Assembly (NCBI RefSeq): GCF_964194025.1
Contig: NC_134475.1
Coordinates: forward strand, 8,370,001-8,434,000
Source of the DNA: Convolutriloba macropyga
Lineage: Eukaryota
DNA: 64,000 bases
Direction: 5' to 3'
In this document: positions 1 through 14,600 of the stretch, piece by piece
Position numbering within the stretch: the first letter of the stretch is position 1
Layout: the number at the start of each line of letters is the position of its first letter
Program-made: the position numbers and the translations under genes
The notes under the pieces: generated by a model
Told to the model about the DNA's origin: nothing
The model's input: the letters and a program-made list of their open reading frames with translations, nothing else
Databases searched by the model: none

Positions 1-3000
1 TTGAATGTGCATGTGACTCAGAATCTGACTAAGAAAACAAACTTTGTAAATAAAACAATTCTTTTATTAGATTCGATAACCAGTACATATGTAATTAATT
101 TTCCGCTCTTCTTATAACCAAATGGGGAAATATGATATGGTATTACAGGTAGCGTTGAGGTTGATTAAATTAGCGGTGCCAATCATTAAGTTATTTAAAT
201 CTTTATCCACTTCATCTTGACTTTTCGTACTTTTTGTAAAATTTCATGTCCTGAGTTGCAAGTTTTTTCAATTGGTTGTTCATTAAATTTAAATTGTGTA
301 TCTGGTTCATTGTCTGATGATAAGTTTAGTTTCCTGAGAATTTGACGCTATTTTTATTTGGTAATTTCTGCCTTATGTTCAAGTTTTTAATCAAATTGCT
401 GACTAAATCTGAATTTGTATTTACTTTCATTCTCTTGAATCGCACCACATTGTTCTGTTAGCTCTCTTCCAACACTATCCTTTGCCAGGCGAATCACGCA
501 ATAGTAATTCAATTCAAAGTTCAGTCTTTCGCAAAGCGAAACACTCTAGAAAATTCATCACTTGTATTCGTGGAGCGAATACCGTCAAAGTTATTTTGGA
601 CATAAACAATTCTTTGTTACAGAATTCTAAGCATGTTTGCGGAATGAAATCAACCAAACAAAGTCACAATATCAAATCGGATTATGCGGAGCGAAAGTAC
701 ACTCTGATAAAAGATTGATAAACCGCATGACAACTCACACAGGGAAAAAGAAAGCATAGAAAAAGAATTGGGCTCGAATAGGTTTGATAAAAGTTGTATT
801 AGCAGAGGAACATTCAAACTTAAGAAAATTCAAAACTGGGGGACTTGATTTTCATTTCTCTGCGGGCTGTAAACTTTGAATAAAAATGGCTAACAGAACC
901 CGAGCCTGGTCACTAGCTCATACTTATATCATGCCCAATTTCATTTTTCTTACGCGTTGTAATGTCCAGTTTTACAGCGTTCGAAGTTTCCAATATAATG
1001 CCATCAAATATGTCATAATTGTCAAGATAAATGATATTTGACCTTAAAAGAACATCAATTGAGCTGGTGTTACTTTAAATTCTGATACAATTTTTGGTCA
1101 AACAGCAGCTATTTTTTGGCACCGCACACTATCACGTAGCATATTTTCATTTATCGGTTCACTGCGAAATTGGACGTGCTCTGTAACAGGTGGGGGGGGG
1201 GGTGCAGAATATGGTTCGCAAGCGGAAAAAGAATTTTAGAACAATTATCAGCATATTCGATCTGTTATTACAGTGACTGTTAAAATAATGAGATAATTCG
1301 ATTTGGAACATTTGATAGGTCAAATAGAGTACTAACTGCTTGGATCGGCATTTGCAGGTTGGTTTTGAATCATGACCAACATCAAAACCAAGAACAGCTT
1401 TGCCACAACTGTCGGCGAAAAAGGCCCCATGATTACAGAACCACTTCAGACGTTTATCTTCTTTTTCTGTTATTGGTTTCCTCAATTCGCTTCCTATTCA
1501 ATCTGGGATCTGAAATAAGGACAAAGCTGTTTGGAATTCCATGTCTCAACATATAATCGACGATGGAGAATGCAGGTTTTATATGCATTTTATTTTGATT
1601 CTCTCTGGCGCTTGAAATTGGCTATTTTCAAACATAAAAGCGCGGCTCTTAGATTAACCAATCGAATGACAATGTTGCGAAGTAGTTCACTGTAGTCTGA
1701 GGATTTTAATAACAGACTTGGCTCAAGTCTTACACACCAAAAAAGTGACATGAATATAAGTATCTGCATCAGTACTTATTTACAATTTGTTTATGTCTTG
1801 TCCAGTACTCTTTTTCACTTCCATAGGAGACAAATTTGAACTTGAAACTCATAATGGGAACATGAGGTAACAAAAAATCTACTTTTCTCCATTTTTGAAA
1901 ACTTTTTACAGAACATAAATTTTAAAGTCTATCATTGTAAAATTCAACTGCGTCGTAGCACCTTAACAAATAAACATTCTAGTAATAAAATTTTATTCTC
2001 ATAACAGAGATTAAATATATATTAATATTATCCACTAAAAGTTCGAAAAGAGGCAAGAGTTAGATTTAGTTGTGAGAAGCTTAAGCAAAAAAAATCTTTG
2101 CAATTTTTTTAATTAAAATTAAGCGGGCGATATCTCCAGTTTTCGATGTATTGAAACCTGCTCTCGGAAAATTTTTAAGTAACTGGGGAAAATAAATGTC
2201 ATCTTTTGATAAAAATTAAATTGAACAGTCTTATTTGATTACTCGCGAATACAAAACACGTAGGCTTTTTTGCTTGTTTCGATTAATCTGTTAAACTACG
2301 GCGCAGAAGTGCAGGCGTTCATAATAATTTTACCGCTCTGAAATTCCGATAGATTTCATCCCGAATTGAATTATTCAAGAAAAGTTAGAGAAAGTTTATC
2401 TCTGAGTTTCATATTTGGTGAGCTTGAAAGAAGTCACGCTAAAGTGTTTGCAAAAAGAACGGATAATGTGAGATTCTTACTCTGTGATTGTCTCTCAACT
2501 AGATAGAGGTTTTCTCAAACAGATAAAACTCTTAGTCAGCATGGAATTTTTAGGAAAAAGTATCAATCCTATTATAGTTGTCTGTGTCTTTAACAAATTT
2601 ATCAATTCAATTCTTTTGAAATTCTTATATACATTTTTCTGCAAAGGGCACAATATAGTAATATAGCTTTAAAATGAAAAAAAAAAATAGATTGGTTCAA
2701 TTATGGAAAAATTTTGTAGCTTTCAACAAGGAAATTGTTTGTTTTTATTTTAGGTACTTTTCGCCCCACAGTTGTTTGAACACAAACAAAGTCTTAAGCT
2801 TCATCGTAAGCTATGCTAATTAATACTGATTGCATCGAGAAATAGTTTGCGTAAAATCTAAGTTAACCTTAAAAAGTTTTAATACTTTGTCAGCACTGGG
2901 TTTTCAATACATATAAGAACACTTTTTAAGGCTTTCGTTTTCCATTTTTTTGAATTTTGAATCCTTTACGGCCTGCAAAAAATTATTTGCCAAATTTGTT

Positions 3001-5569
3001 GTTGAGAAAAGTTTTTTTAACCAAATCGAGATTTTAATTTGGCAGATAATTAAAATGCATTGGGGTAACCGAAAATTTGGCAGACAATTAAAATGCATTG
3101 AGGGCAACATATTTTTCATTATATTTATAATTAAAACATTATAACTAATTAATTATAATTAATTTAAAAATAAACCATTATATATACCAGTAAATGTGCT
3201 GTGAACATAAACGAACTGCAAGTAAGGGGACATTTAATCACCACGCCGTATTCCTATTGGTTTCAATTTTCTTCTCGTTTTTGTTCTTAATAATTGATGA
3301 TTTTTGGTGAACCTGATGAAATTGAAATGAACAATCTAGTAAATTATTTTTGTCAATAAATTTTTACTCAATAGCAGCACAATTGGCACTTATAAACAAA
3401 ACAAATTGATCATTTTCCTCATCAGAAACAACTCATGGAATCAAATTGTCACGCAATAGCGGATTGGTAATAAGAAGATAGGGTTGTATAGCTAATTACG
3501 TAATCAAAGTTGTGAGGAGCTTTCTTGAGCAGTTTTTAATATCTTTAAAAATTGTTTCTCAGAAAAATAAACGCACTCACTGTATTTAACGCTAAATGTG
3601 GTAAGATAAGGAGAGTTTATTTCTGAATGTAAACATCAAACAGGGTTAATTTTGTTATTGGGACCGAAAAATACAAAATTTCAGCTATCGAGTTCCATTG
3701 TTTAGTTGAGACCGATGACTGATTTTGACAGTTTGTGTTTGGCGTGTTTTTTGAAAAAAAATTTTATACAAAAGTACAAAAATTTGGTGCATTCTTGGCA
3801 GTCTGACAGGAAATAACAGCTCCACGGACTATAACAAGGTTAGTAAACAATTCAGAAAATGAATTATATCAGAAACAACAAGTAAATAAAAAAAAACTTG
3901 TGTTAAAATTGGCAATTTGCGCGATATTTGAGACTGAATAAACCTTGATTGTGATAATACTTAGCGTAAGTTTTCTAAACGATCACTGAAAACTTTTTTT
4001 GAAGAAAAGTCATAAGAAGTTATAAGAAAAACTTAGATGACTCGACTCACCTTTTGACAATACAAACTTCGATTGAAGATTGAAAATATGATATATTCAC
4101 AAATTCAATTTTAGGCTAATTTAATTCACATCTTATTAATCCAGCATATCTTTGTTAAGTGTATATTTTTTGTACATATGATGTATCTTTTTTAACTAAG
4201 GGCCTGCGGCAAAAAAAAACTGAGCCAATGAGATAATGCTCGCTATAAATTACAATAAATGTTCAATCTTTACAGGCGTTTTCAAAAGATCTCCGAAAAA
4301 AGACAATGATTTTTATAATTTGAGATTAATTACGATATACACAATTAACCATTATTGAGTTTCCACCGCGCTCGCTTTTCATTCAATTGAATTTATTCTG
4401 TTTGAAGAGAGGGCGTTTCAAAGAGTTAAAACTTTCTTCTACAAAGTGAAGTTTTCATCTGTATATATGACTTCGCTTTTCAAGTAAGGAAAGTTGTAGC
4501 CAAATACGAAGAACAGCGATAAGAAAAAACATGGCTCTAATAATATCATAACTATATTGGCTTGCTTGTAAAAACAAATTTTAAACTAGCACTGTTTACG
4601 GTATGAGATATCTAAGATAACATTCGTTTAAAACGTTTCATAACCAGCTTTTCGCGTTGAAAAACAAACTTTTTTGGTTCATTGCTTTTGATGAGTTCAT
4701 TTACACACACTCTACCTGGAGTTAATACTTAAGAATGTAAAGTAGTAACAACTTTTGAGCAGAGATTTAAAATTGGCAGCAGTAATTATAAATGAACAAT
4801 TAAGAGAAACAAAAGAGCAATGACCTCGGGTCAGAAATCATCCGAGAAATCTAAAATGAGATTTTAGTTTTAAAAAATCTCAGTACCCAATACGACGAAT
4901 GATAAGCTAGCTCACTTTATTCTAGTTTTCAGTAAAGAAATAGTTGTAAAAAGGGTTTTTTTACGGCAGTGCTTAATAAATATTCAAAGTGTTCAAAGTT
5001 TCCACTCGACAACTATGCCCAACAAAACTGCTGGCTCCTGGTTTCTAAGCAGGATATGTTTCAGTATTTAATCTAAAATCAGCATAGTGAAAAGACAGTA
5101 GATAAACCATGAAAAAGTCTTCGTTGTACTGACAAAAATTGTGTTGCCTCTTCAAAATTTTAGGAAGCGCTCTTATTGTCTGAGAAAATCTATATAGTAC
5201 TACTAGTTGCATTTTTCTGAAATTTTTGAGTTGAACTAAATTTAGGTAATGTGATTTGTTTCTGAAAATCAAAAAAGTCGAAAGTAGTTTGTTCGTGATT
5301 CGTACCGTTTCTGAGGCTATATATAAAAAATCAGTGGAATTTTCCCACAAGCTAGGTTTGCTAGTATTCTTAAGCATGCATGGAAAACTTGTATTACTTA
5401 TTGTTAGAAGATTTCTAGCTGGAGACTGGCTAGCGCCCGAAACTCAAAATGCCGAAACATTTGATTGATATTTCCTCTAATTGTTGGGAGTGTTCTCCAC
5501 TGTCACAAAAAATTGCACTCTCGACTGTTTAAAAATGCACTTTGGATATTAATTTAGTCCATAATTATA

Positions 5570-6660
5570 ATACCAGCGACCGGTCAATTATAGCCAAAAA
5601 CTATATAATTTAACAATTTCAACAATCCAAGAATATTTTGCCATGCAAACCAACTAATTAGTCAAACTAAATCAACACAATTGAATCAATCTATCCGCAA
5701 GTATCCACAACTATTTCAATCAATTTACTAACCCAAATAAACCTCTTAATTATTGCCTCCCGGTAGCTCAGTTCCTGATCACAAACATAATATCAACCAA
5801 AAAAGCAAAGCTAGCTTCGCAGATTCATCACTGCAACTGAGCAACCATATTCTTTCACAACGAACTCAATAAATTCTTGCAACTTTCTCTCACTAAGAAT
5901 CAACTGTTCCGCTCAAAATCCCTCTCACCTCAGTCGTTCTGTTTCTTTTTGTGCCTGCGGGTACTCAACCTTATCAGATTTATCAGTGGTAACTTACGTG
6001 TCGTTTCAATGAAAATATTTTTTACCTGACGTAAAAATGCGATTTCAGACATACAAGGCTGGTCGCAAGATTTAGCTTGCTTCATGCAAGTGTTTGCCCA
6101 AGTGGACTGAAGTTCTGCGGTCAAATTTGTATGTTCCGCGGTCAAAAAAGAGAAGGAAAAGTTAGGTTTTCCTACTCTTTTTCCTAGTGGGAACTTTGTT
6201 TGCATCAAAACAATGAAAATTAAAGACAACCAAGTGAAAATCTTGAAGTTTTAGTGACAAGCACTAGCCTTCAGATGGTTAAATTCACGTCTGTTTTAAA
6301 AGGAACAATTAAATAAACGTGTGCTACAGCAAAAATCCTGCGGTTTTTTATACGCAACTGTCCAAGTTGTGACCATTTTGATCTTGGGTCATTAAGGTTG
6401 TAGCCTTTTGCTGGAGGGATTGTAAAAATTCAGACGCCTGTAGTTTGAGCATAAATGTTTCTCGACTAAAATTGTTTCGAATAACCTAAGTATTTTTCTG
6501 TATGCTTCAATCTAGTCTCAAAAAACATTAATTACTCCAAACAATAAACGTACTTTCTAACTCGCTAACTCCACTCACAAATTGGCTCTTGAGCATTTAA
6601 TTTTACAACTGTCCACCATTATAAATGCTACAATCATAAATGAGACAATCGATTTTCTCC
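5570..6660. repeat. Diverged single-copy paralog of the 11.6-17.1 kb region (part of the array monomer plus its right flank)
   Basis: Shares collinear blocks with the array unit (tgcctcccggtagctcagtt, caactttctctcact, tttttgtgcctgcg), the array right flank (ccaagtg-actgaagttctgcggtcaaatt at ~6098 and ~16142) and 16970-17130 (ttggctcttga-cat-taattttaca). Confidence 0.8.
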
Positions 6661-7921
6661 ACTGTTAGATTAAAAGCCTTGCGTTTCCCTAAGTCTAACT
6701 AGATATAATCAATCAGACTGACACATTTTGAATATAAGATCTGCAGCAATTATTTTCATTTCTTCCCAAATTTCTGATGTGATAAAAAAGCAGCCCTGTT
6801 TCATCAATTTAATCTCTCAAAAATGTTCTACTGATATTTGATTCAAAACTGTGCAACTATTAACATTATTTTTTTTCAATTCTGAGTGCATGTCATTTAA
6901 CAGACATACTGCCATACTTAAGGTTGCCAAGGCGCCTACCAAGTTTAATTCTGTTGCGTAAAATTCAAAATACTGCACATTTACACTATGAAAGCATCAG
7001 ATTTTGAAAATGTAAAACCTTTATTCCGACCACGAACGAAACATAAATAATTGTTTAATTTTTTAAAATCAAAAACAGCCTCTTTTGTGTTTCCCTGCGT
7101 AAACGTTGTCACCAAATCTTTTATCACTTCTACCTCGTTCTCTATCTTTACTATTTGTAATCATGGAAAAATACAAAACGGGCCAAAAAATTCTTAAGAG
7201 CTCAGTTTTTGATTTTTTTCCCTTTTTCCTTTCTTTTTTTTTCAAAAAAATTCCATCTTAATGTTAAAACAGTAATTATTCCCTCCTATCGTGTCGTTAC
7301 CTACAAGGAAAATACAATTAATTTTGCATATCTACTTTGCTCTTAGAAAATGAATTTAAGCATTTTTGGGAGAAATTCTGAATGAAGACTGCTATAAGTT
7401 TTTTTGCAAAAAATGGGAACACTAATTTCTTTACCTCAGTCATGGTTTCTCCAACAAATTAGTCGTTTCAAAAAGCAAGCTTTGCATTGCGTGGTTTAGT
7501 AAAAAATTATCTAAATTCGATTAAATGTTTCAATGCTCAAGTTAGTTCGGTTTATTTACCTAAAGATTTGCTCAAAAACCTAGAAAACTTATTTATCACT
7601 CAATATGAAAATCTCAAACAACTATTGGTATATAAATTGGCAGATTTATGCCAATTTCAACTCCAGTCTCCTGCCTTCTCGACTATCAATTTCGCGAATT
7701 ATATTAAAGGTTTGTATTTCTCATGTGTACTTGCAGGATTTTTATTGCTGTCCCCGCTCTGATCCTCTTTTGAACGTTCTCTTTTAAATTGCCAACGTAA
7801 GTGTAAACAGATTAGATAGAAATCCAAATACGTTGAACGTAAAAAATTATATACTGCACCAAATAAAATACAAAAGTTACACTGAAAACTATATGTTATT
7901 ATTAAAATATAATGTTGCATA

Positions 7922-8835
7922 CCCGGGTCGAGACCGAATGGTTAACTTGTAAGAACTTGCAAGTTTCTTGCAAAAGAAGGTTAACTTGTAAGATTTTGCA
8001 AGTTTCTTGCAAAAGACGGTTAACTTGTAAGAACTTGCAAGTCGAATGGTTAACTTGTAATAACTTGTAAGTCGAAGGGTTAACTTGTAAGAACTTGCAA
8101 GGCAAATGGCTAACTTGTAGGTTTCTTACAAGTTCGTTCCGGTCGAGCACAACACTTATTGGTTAATTATATTTAACATTCAGTCATTTACCGTAGAAAG
8201 CGCGTAGGAGTTAGTCGCTCTGTTTGGATAACATAGCACAATTCGACATAAGTAGATAAAACGGTTACCTTTGAATTTTTTCAATTCAAAAGAGTCCCTT
8301 TTGCAATTCCATTAAAAAACTGTAGATTTCAATTAGCTTCTTCGATTGCTTTTTTAAAAATGTTCCCAAAATATTGATTTTGATAGAGTTTTCAAACTCA
8401 TATGTCAGTATTTTCCCAAAATAATTCAGTGGCCCATCATTTTTACAACATTCTTTATAATTTAATTCACACTTTTCAAGATTCCATTTTTTCCAAACAT
8501 CCGTTTACATTCATGTCTTGCAACGTTTTATTTACGGTTTAGTGTGCGTGTATGTGTGTGTGTGTGTGCGCGCGTGTATGTGCGTGCGTGGTGTGTTTGT
8601 GTGTGTGGTGTGTGTGCGAATGGTTAACTTGTAAGTAACTTGTAAGTTGAATGGTTAACTTGTAAGAGCCTTGTAAGTCGAATGGTTAACTTGTAAGAAC
8701 TTGCAAGTTGAATGGTTAACTTGTAAGAACTTGCAAGTTTTTGGAAGAAAAACTTGCAAGGCGATGCATCGCCTTGTAAGTTTCTGCCAGAAACTTGCAA
8801 GTTCTTACAAGATAACCATTCGGCCTCGACCCGGG
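7922..8835. mobile_element. Non-autonomous DNA transposon (MITE) with CCCGGGTCGAG termini, ~45-bp TIR, TA target duplication
   Basis: Left ta|cccgggtcgagaccgaatggttaacttgtaagaacttgcaagtttc is the near-perfect reverse complement of right gaaacttgcaagttcttacaagataaccattcggcctcgacccggg|ta; subterminal tandem GGTTAACTTGTAAGAACTTGCAAG repeats; no coding capacity. Confidence 0.9.
8541..8616. repeat. Imperfect (GT)n microsatellite inside the MITE
   Basis: Directly visible. Confidence 0.9.
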
Positions 8836-11114
8836 TATCAAGTCTCTAGGAGTTTCTCTTTTCAAAGAGAACCTTATACAAAAAAATCGGTCAAAACAAA
8901 AACCACTGCGCTCTCTAAGGAACAGAAGCCGCAAATTTCTTTAAACTTCACCATCTTTTAATTCTTCTGACAATTTTTATCATTTGAACCATCCAATATT
9001 TCCCCTTCACTTGTTTTAGGTGACTAACTCAGTATCCAGATTTTTTAGAATTCTTTAAATGTCAATTTAAAATCTGCAATAATAAAATTGATGAAATAGA
9101 CTTACAAGTTATCAAAAGAGACAACTCAGAAGCACCAACTTGAAATATTTGTTTCCAATAATTGAGGGAATACCTCCGTACAGTTTCATTCTTTGATCTC
9201 TTTTTTCCTTCCGATCTCTTCGACTTATTTTTTTGTTTCCTTTCGACCCACTCTTTGCACTCCAAATAAAAACCTGTGTGATTTGGGGGTACTCCAATTC
9301 CAAGTTCTCTGGTCATCAGCCGTGTTCATAAGATCAAAAGAATTACTACCAGCTGCATCCTCCGAATACTCGCCGTTTTATACTCAGCACTGGCTGATTT
9401 AGCACTGATTTCGACGAGACTTTTTTGCTGTCCCGATTTCATATCACGAGGAATGATTCTGTTCCTGATCTTCCTGAGAGTCCACGCCTGCTGTTTTTTG
9501 TCGTAAAAGAAACTTCAGGCAAACACTCGGCACTAATCTTTTCTGAAATGTTAGTTAATTTGAACTCAATAGCGTTTTTGTTTGAGAAAGAAATTCTATT
9601 GGCACACATTACTCCCTAGATGTGCACTAATCCAGCAATACTATTTTCACTAGGACGAATTAGACTACTCATTCTCTCAATAATAGAAAAGTTGCTTTCT
9701 TACCAACAATGAGTCTCCAGTCATTCTCTGTATAACTTCTTCATTTTGATAAATTTCAACACTTTCAAAAAAAGAGGATTCAATTTTGTGTTTTCCATGT
9801 GGCAATAGAAAAATAGAGGCTCACAGACTAACGAAATCTGCTCCATATCATCTGTTGTTAATGGTCTATCTACTGCACCGATATCTAAATGCCATTTCAT
9901 TATTTATCTGGTGGCTAATTCGATCTTTCCTTTCAACAATATTTTTTGACCGAGCAGCCTGATTCGTCCACCCTCGCCTCAATTAGTCAGAAGCTACATC
10001 ACGCAAATCAATGTCAACCTCGTTTTGACCAACAACCAGGATTGCACTTGCCATTGTTTTGTTTTCGGTCCCTCGATCTAGAACTCAGGCTAAAACGGAT
10101 CCAATAGCCAAGCTACACCCTGATTGGAGTTCTGATTTCAAGTTATTTCCTTCATTTTGAAGGTTACGGGTGCTATCTGACTCAAAATGTTAAGACATGC
10201 GTCTTTTTCTGCTGAGCATCACAATTAAATCTCAGATTTTGTGTGCTCAGATCCTGGTTTTTTGTATACACCCGTTTCAACAACTGTCTCTTCTTTCCAT
10301 TTATTCGAGCAGACCTCTGTCTTTGCAGCAGTACTCTCATGTTTTCTGATCGCTTTGCAATGGGTGTCATGAGCCAAAAAAGATAGAGAGCTCTCGTGTA
10401 CGCGTTCACATTCACCTCCTAGAAATTTGTGCCTCCAACAATTCTGATTAGTATACTGTGACACATCCGTTGTGATTTGGCGTAAATCATTAGCAACCAA
10501 GTCGTCAGTAATCATATCTTCCACTCTCAAAGTTGAAATTTTCCTCCTGAGATTGTTTGGAACTAAAACATTCCACAAAAACAATTCCGCAGAAACAATT
10601 CATTCTAATTATTGCAGCCGAGAATACTTCTGGCATGGCTAAAATAGTCGTTGTCGATGAAAAATGCAATATCTTTCTCTTCGTGGCTATTGGTATCCTT
10701 GACTTCTTTACTTCTTATTTCTGTAACTGCGTAATGCTTACCGAAACCCATCGAGCAACGCATATCATTAATTGTTCATCACAGTTAGCTCTCCGCCAAA
10801 ACCGACTCGACAAAATCAGCTGTCATTTGTACTTCTTTCTTGTTCAGTTTATGAATATGCTTTTTTCCTCGATAGCGCTTTTCTGTCAACAGGCTCACCT
10901 AGTTCAACGTCATCTCACTGTACAACTGCTTTCCCCTTTTCCTCTTTTTCTATCAAGTATCTATCAAATGCATCCTTATACACTTGAGGGAAACTTAGCT
11001 GCTTTACGTTTGCTGAAGAGTTTTTGCATGCTTCTTTTGATCTAATTTTATAAAAATCCACGTGGCAAGTAATCAAAAGCTACAAGTGCCCAACCGTTCA
11101 ACTACCGTTGAACT

Positions 11115-11117
<3 letters not shown>

Positions 11118-11167
<50 letters not shown>
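11118..11167. repeat. (TA)n microsatellite
   Basis: About 25 perfect TA units. Confidence 0.97.
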
Positions 11168-11169
<2 letters not shown>

Positions 11170-11615
11170 TCATCTCTTCTTCCCTTCAAATGCGATAAAA
11201 AGCGCCACAAACATCCGAATAAATTTCAAGCTTATTTCCGAAATATCATCTCCAGGAGAGGGGAAAGTTTTAACTGGCCCCAATCATGCCATTGTTCGTC
11301 AAAACACTAACTGCTACTAACTGTATGCTCCTCTGAAGGTTCAAATTCTGCTGCAAAACATCTTTTTTCTTCTTCCCATCTCTATTTGAGAAATATTCTC
11401 ATTCAAATAATCTGGTGCTGCCACTACTACACAGTGTCATTTTCCCGTTACAAGAAGAGCCATCTCTCCAAAAAATGTCTTTGATGCTTAAGAACTCTAA
11501 ACATTTTCAATATTTTCCAGGCTCTTCTTGAATATCGTCAATATTTTTCTTAGCACAGATTGGTCGATCGATACTGTCGCCAGCTTTGCGCAACTTTTGG
11601 CAGTCTCACCGGAGA

Positions 11616-14600
11616 ATTTTAACAGTAACAGTGAATTTGTCCTCGGATATTGTCGTGCAACTCCCTTTATAACAGGAAAGCCCAATTAGGAGCATCCCCA
11701 TAGAATTTTGAAATTTCCTCTTTAGAGTATTGCTAGACGGGGACTGGCAAGCGCCAAAAAGAGTTACAAAAATCTTGTTCTCTGGTTTGTCTGCTGGTTG
11801 AGAAGATCTTAGATTATTCAAATGTGATTAATTTTTTATTGTAATAGAACTAAAAATCAATTTTTCAAAAACCCGCCACCATTAATTTATAGCAAGAAGC
11901 ATATGAATGAATAACGTCAACAATCCAACGATAATTTTTCCGTCAAAAATAGTTAATAGTTCACACCAAATCAAACCAATTCAATCAATCAATCTGCATA
12001 AAGCCATATTTTTCAATCGACTTACTATCACAAATAACTCTAATAACTACTGCCTCCCCGTAGCTCAGTTACTCGTCAGCAAAGTTTACTCTCAACAACT
12101 AATTTTAGTTAACTTTGCAGTTTCAGTCAATTCCATTACGCAACTGTATTTTTTCACAAAGAACTCAGTAACTTTTTACAACTTTCTCTCACTGAGAGAC
12201 AACTGTTCGCTCAAACATCCTCTCACTTACATTTGTTCCAGTACTTTTTGTGCCTGCGAGTACTCAGTGTTATCAACTTTTATCAGCGATATGTAATGTG
12301 TCATTTCAATTTTGGACATGTTGATCTAACGTAAAAGTGCGATAATCGACAAGCAAGTCTGGTGGCAAGAATTAGCTTCCTTTATGCAAGTATTTTAACA
12401 GTGACTTTGTCCTCGGATATTGTCGTGCCACTCTCTTCATAACAGGTAAACCCAACTAAATGCACCCCCGTAGAATTTTGAAATTTCCTCTTTAGAGTAT
12501 TGCTAGCCGGGGACTGGCAAGCGCCAAAAAGAGTTACAAAAATCTTGTTCTCTGGTTTGTCTGCTGGTTGAGAATATTTTAGATTATTCAAATTTGATTA
12601 ATTTTTGATTGTAATTGAACTAAAAATCAATTTTTCAAAAACCCGCCACCATTATTTTATAGCAAGAGGCATATGAATGAATAACGTCAACAATCCAACG
12701 ATAAGTTTTCCGTCAAAAATAGTTAATAGTTCACACCAAATCAAACCAATTCAATCAATCAATCTCCATAAAGCCATATTTTTCAATCGACTTACTATCA
12801 CAAATAACTCTAATAACTACTGCCTCCCAGTAGCTCAGTTACTCGTCAGCAAAGTTTATTCTCAACAACTAATTTTAGTTAACTTTGCAGTTTCAGTCAA
12901 TTACATTACGCAACTGTATTTTTTCACAAAGAACTCACTAACTTCTTACAACTTTCTCTCACTGAGAGACAACTGCTAGCTCAAACATCCTCTCACTTTC
13001 AGTTATTCCATTTCTTTTTTTGCCTGCGAGTACTCAGTCTTAGCAACTGTCATCAGCAATATGTAATGTGTCATTTCAATTTTGGACATGCTGACCTAAC
13101 GTAAAAGTGCAATAATCGACAAGCAAGTCTGGTGGCAAAAATTAGCTTCCTTTGTGCAAGTATTTTAACAGTGACTTTGTCCTCGGATATTGTCGTGCCA
13201 CTCTCTTCATAACAGGTAAACCCAACTAAATGCACCCCCGTAGAACGTTGAAATTCCCTCTTTAGTGGATTTCTAGCTGGGGACTGGCAAGCACCAAAAA
13301 GAGTTCCAAAAATCTTGTTCTCTGGTTTGTCTGCTGGTTGAGAACATTTTAGATTATTCAAATTTGATTAATTTTTGATTATAATAGAACTGAAAATCAA
13401 TTTTTCAAAAACCCACCACCATTAATTTATATCAAGAAGCATATGAATGAATAACGTCAACAATCCAACGATAATTTTTCAGTTAAAAATAGTTAATGGT
13501 TCACACTAAATCAAACCAATTCAATCAATCCAACTGCATGCAAAGTTTACTCTCAATCATTAATTTTAGTTAACTTTGCAGTTTCAGTCAATTCCATTAC
13601 GCAACTGTTTTTTTCACAAAGAACTCACTAATTTCTTACAACTTTCTCTCACTGAGAGACAACTGCTCGCTCAAACATCCTCTCAATTTCATTTGTTCCA
13701 GTACTTTTTGTGCCTGCGAGCACTCAGTCTTATCAACTTTTATCAGCGATATGTATTGTGTCATTTAAATTTTGGAGATGTTGATCTAACGTAAAAGTGC
13801 GATAATCGACAAGCAAGTCTGGTGGCAAAAATTAGCTTCCTTTATGCAAGTATTTTAACAGTGACTTTGTCCTCGGATATTGTCGTGCCACTCTCTTCAT
13901 AACAGGTAAACCCAACTAAATGCACCCCCGTAGAACGTTGAAATTCCCTCTTTAGTGGATTTCTAGCTGGGGACCGGCAAGCACCAAAAAGAGTTCCAAA
14001 AATCTTGTTCTCTGGTTTGTCTGCTGGTTGAGAACATTTTAGATTATTCAAATTTGAATAATTTTTTATTATAATAGAACTGAAAATCAATTTTTCAAAA
14101 ACCCACCACCATTAATTTATAGCAAGAAGCATATGAATGAATAACGTCAACAATCGTTAATGGCTCACACTAAATCAAACCAATTCCATCAATCCAACTG
14201 CATAAAGCCACTTTTTTCCGGTCGAATTACTATCACAAATAACTCTGATAAACACTGCCTCTCAGTAGCTCAGTTACTCGTCAGCAAAGTTTACTCCCAA
14301 TCATTAATTTTAGTTAACTTTGCAGTTTCAGTCAATTCCATTACGCAACTGTATTTTTTCACAAAGAACTCACTAACTTCTTACAACTTTCTCTCACTGA
14401 GAGACAACTGCTAGCTCAAACATCCTCTCACTTTCAGTTATTCCATTTCTTTTTTTGCCTGCGAGTACTCAGTCTTAGCAACTGTCATCAGCAATATGTA
14501 ATGTGTCATTTCAATTTTGGACATGCTGACCTAACGTAAAAGTGCAATAATCGACAAGCAAGTGTGGTAGAAAGACTTAGCGTCCTTTTTGCAAGTATTT

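Noticed and set aside
1159-1556. Overlapping ORFs near the window start
   Set aside because: No recognisable domain, no consistent splice partners.
7930-8130. CRISPR-like short repeats (also 8617-8810 and 60980-61580)
   Set aside because: No unique spacers of regular length, no cas genes, eukaryotic context; they are MITE subterminal repeats.
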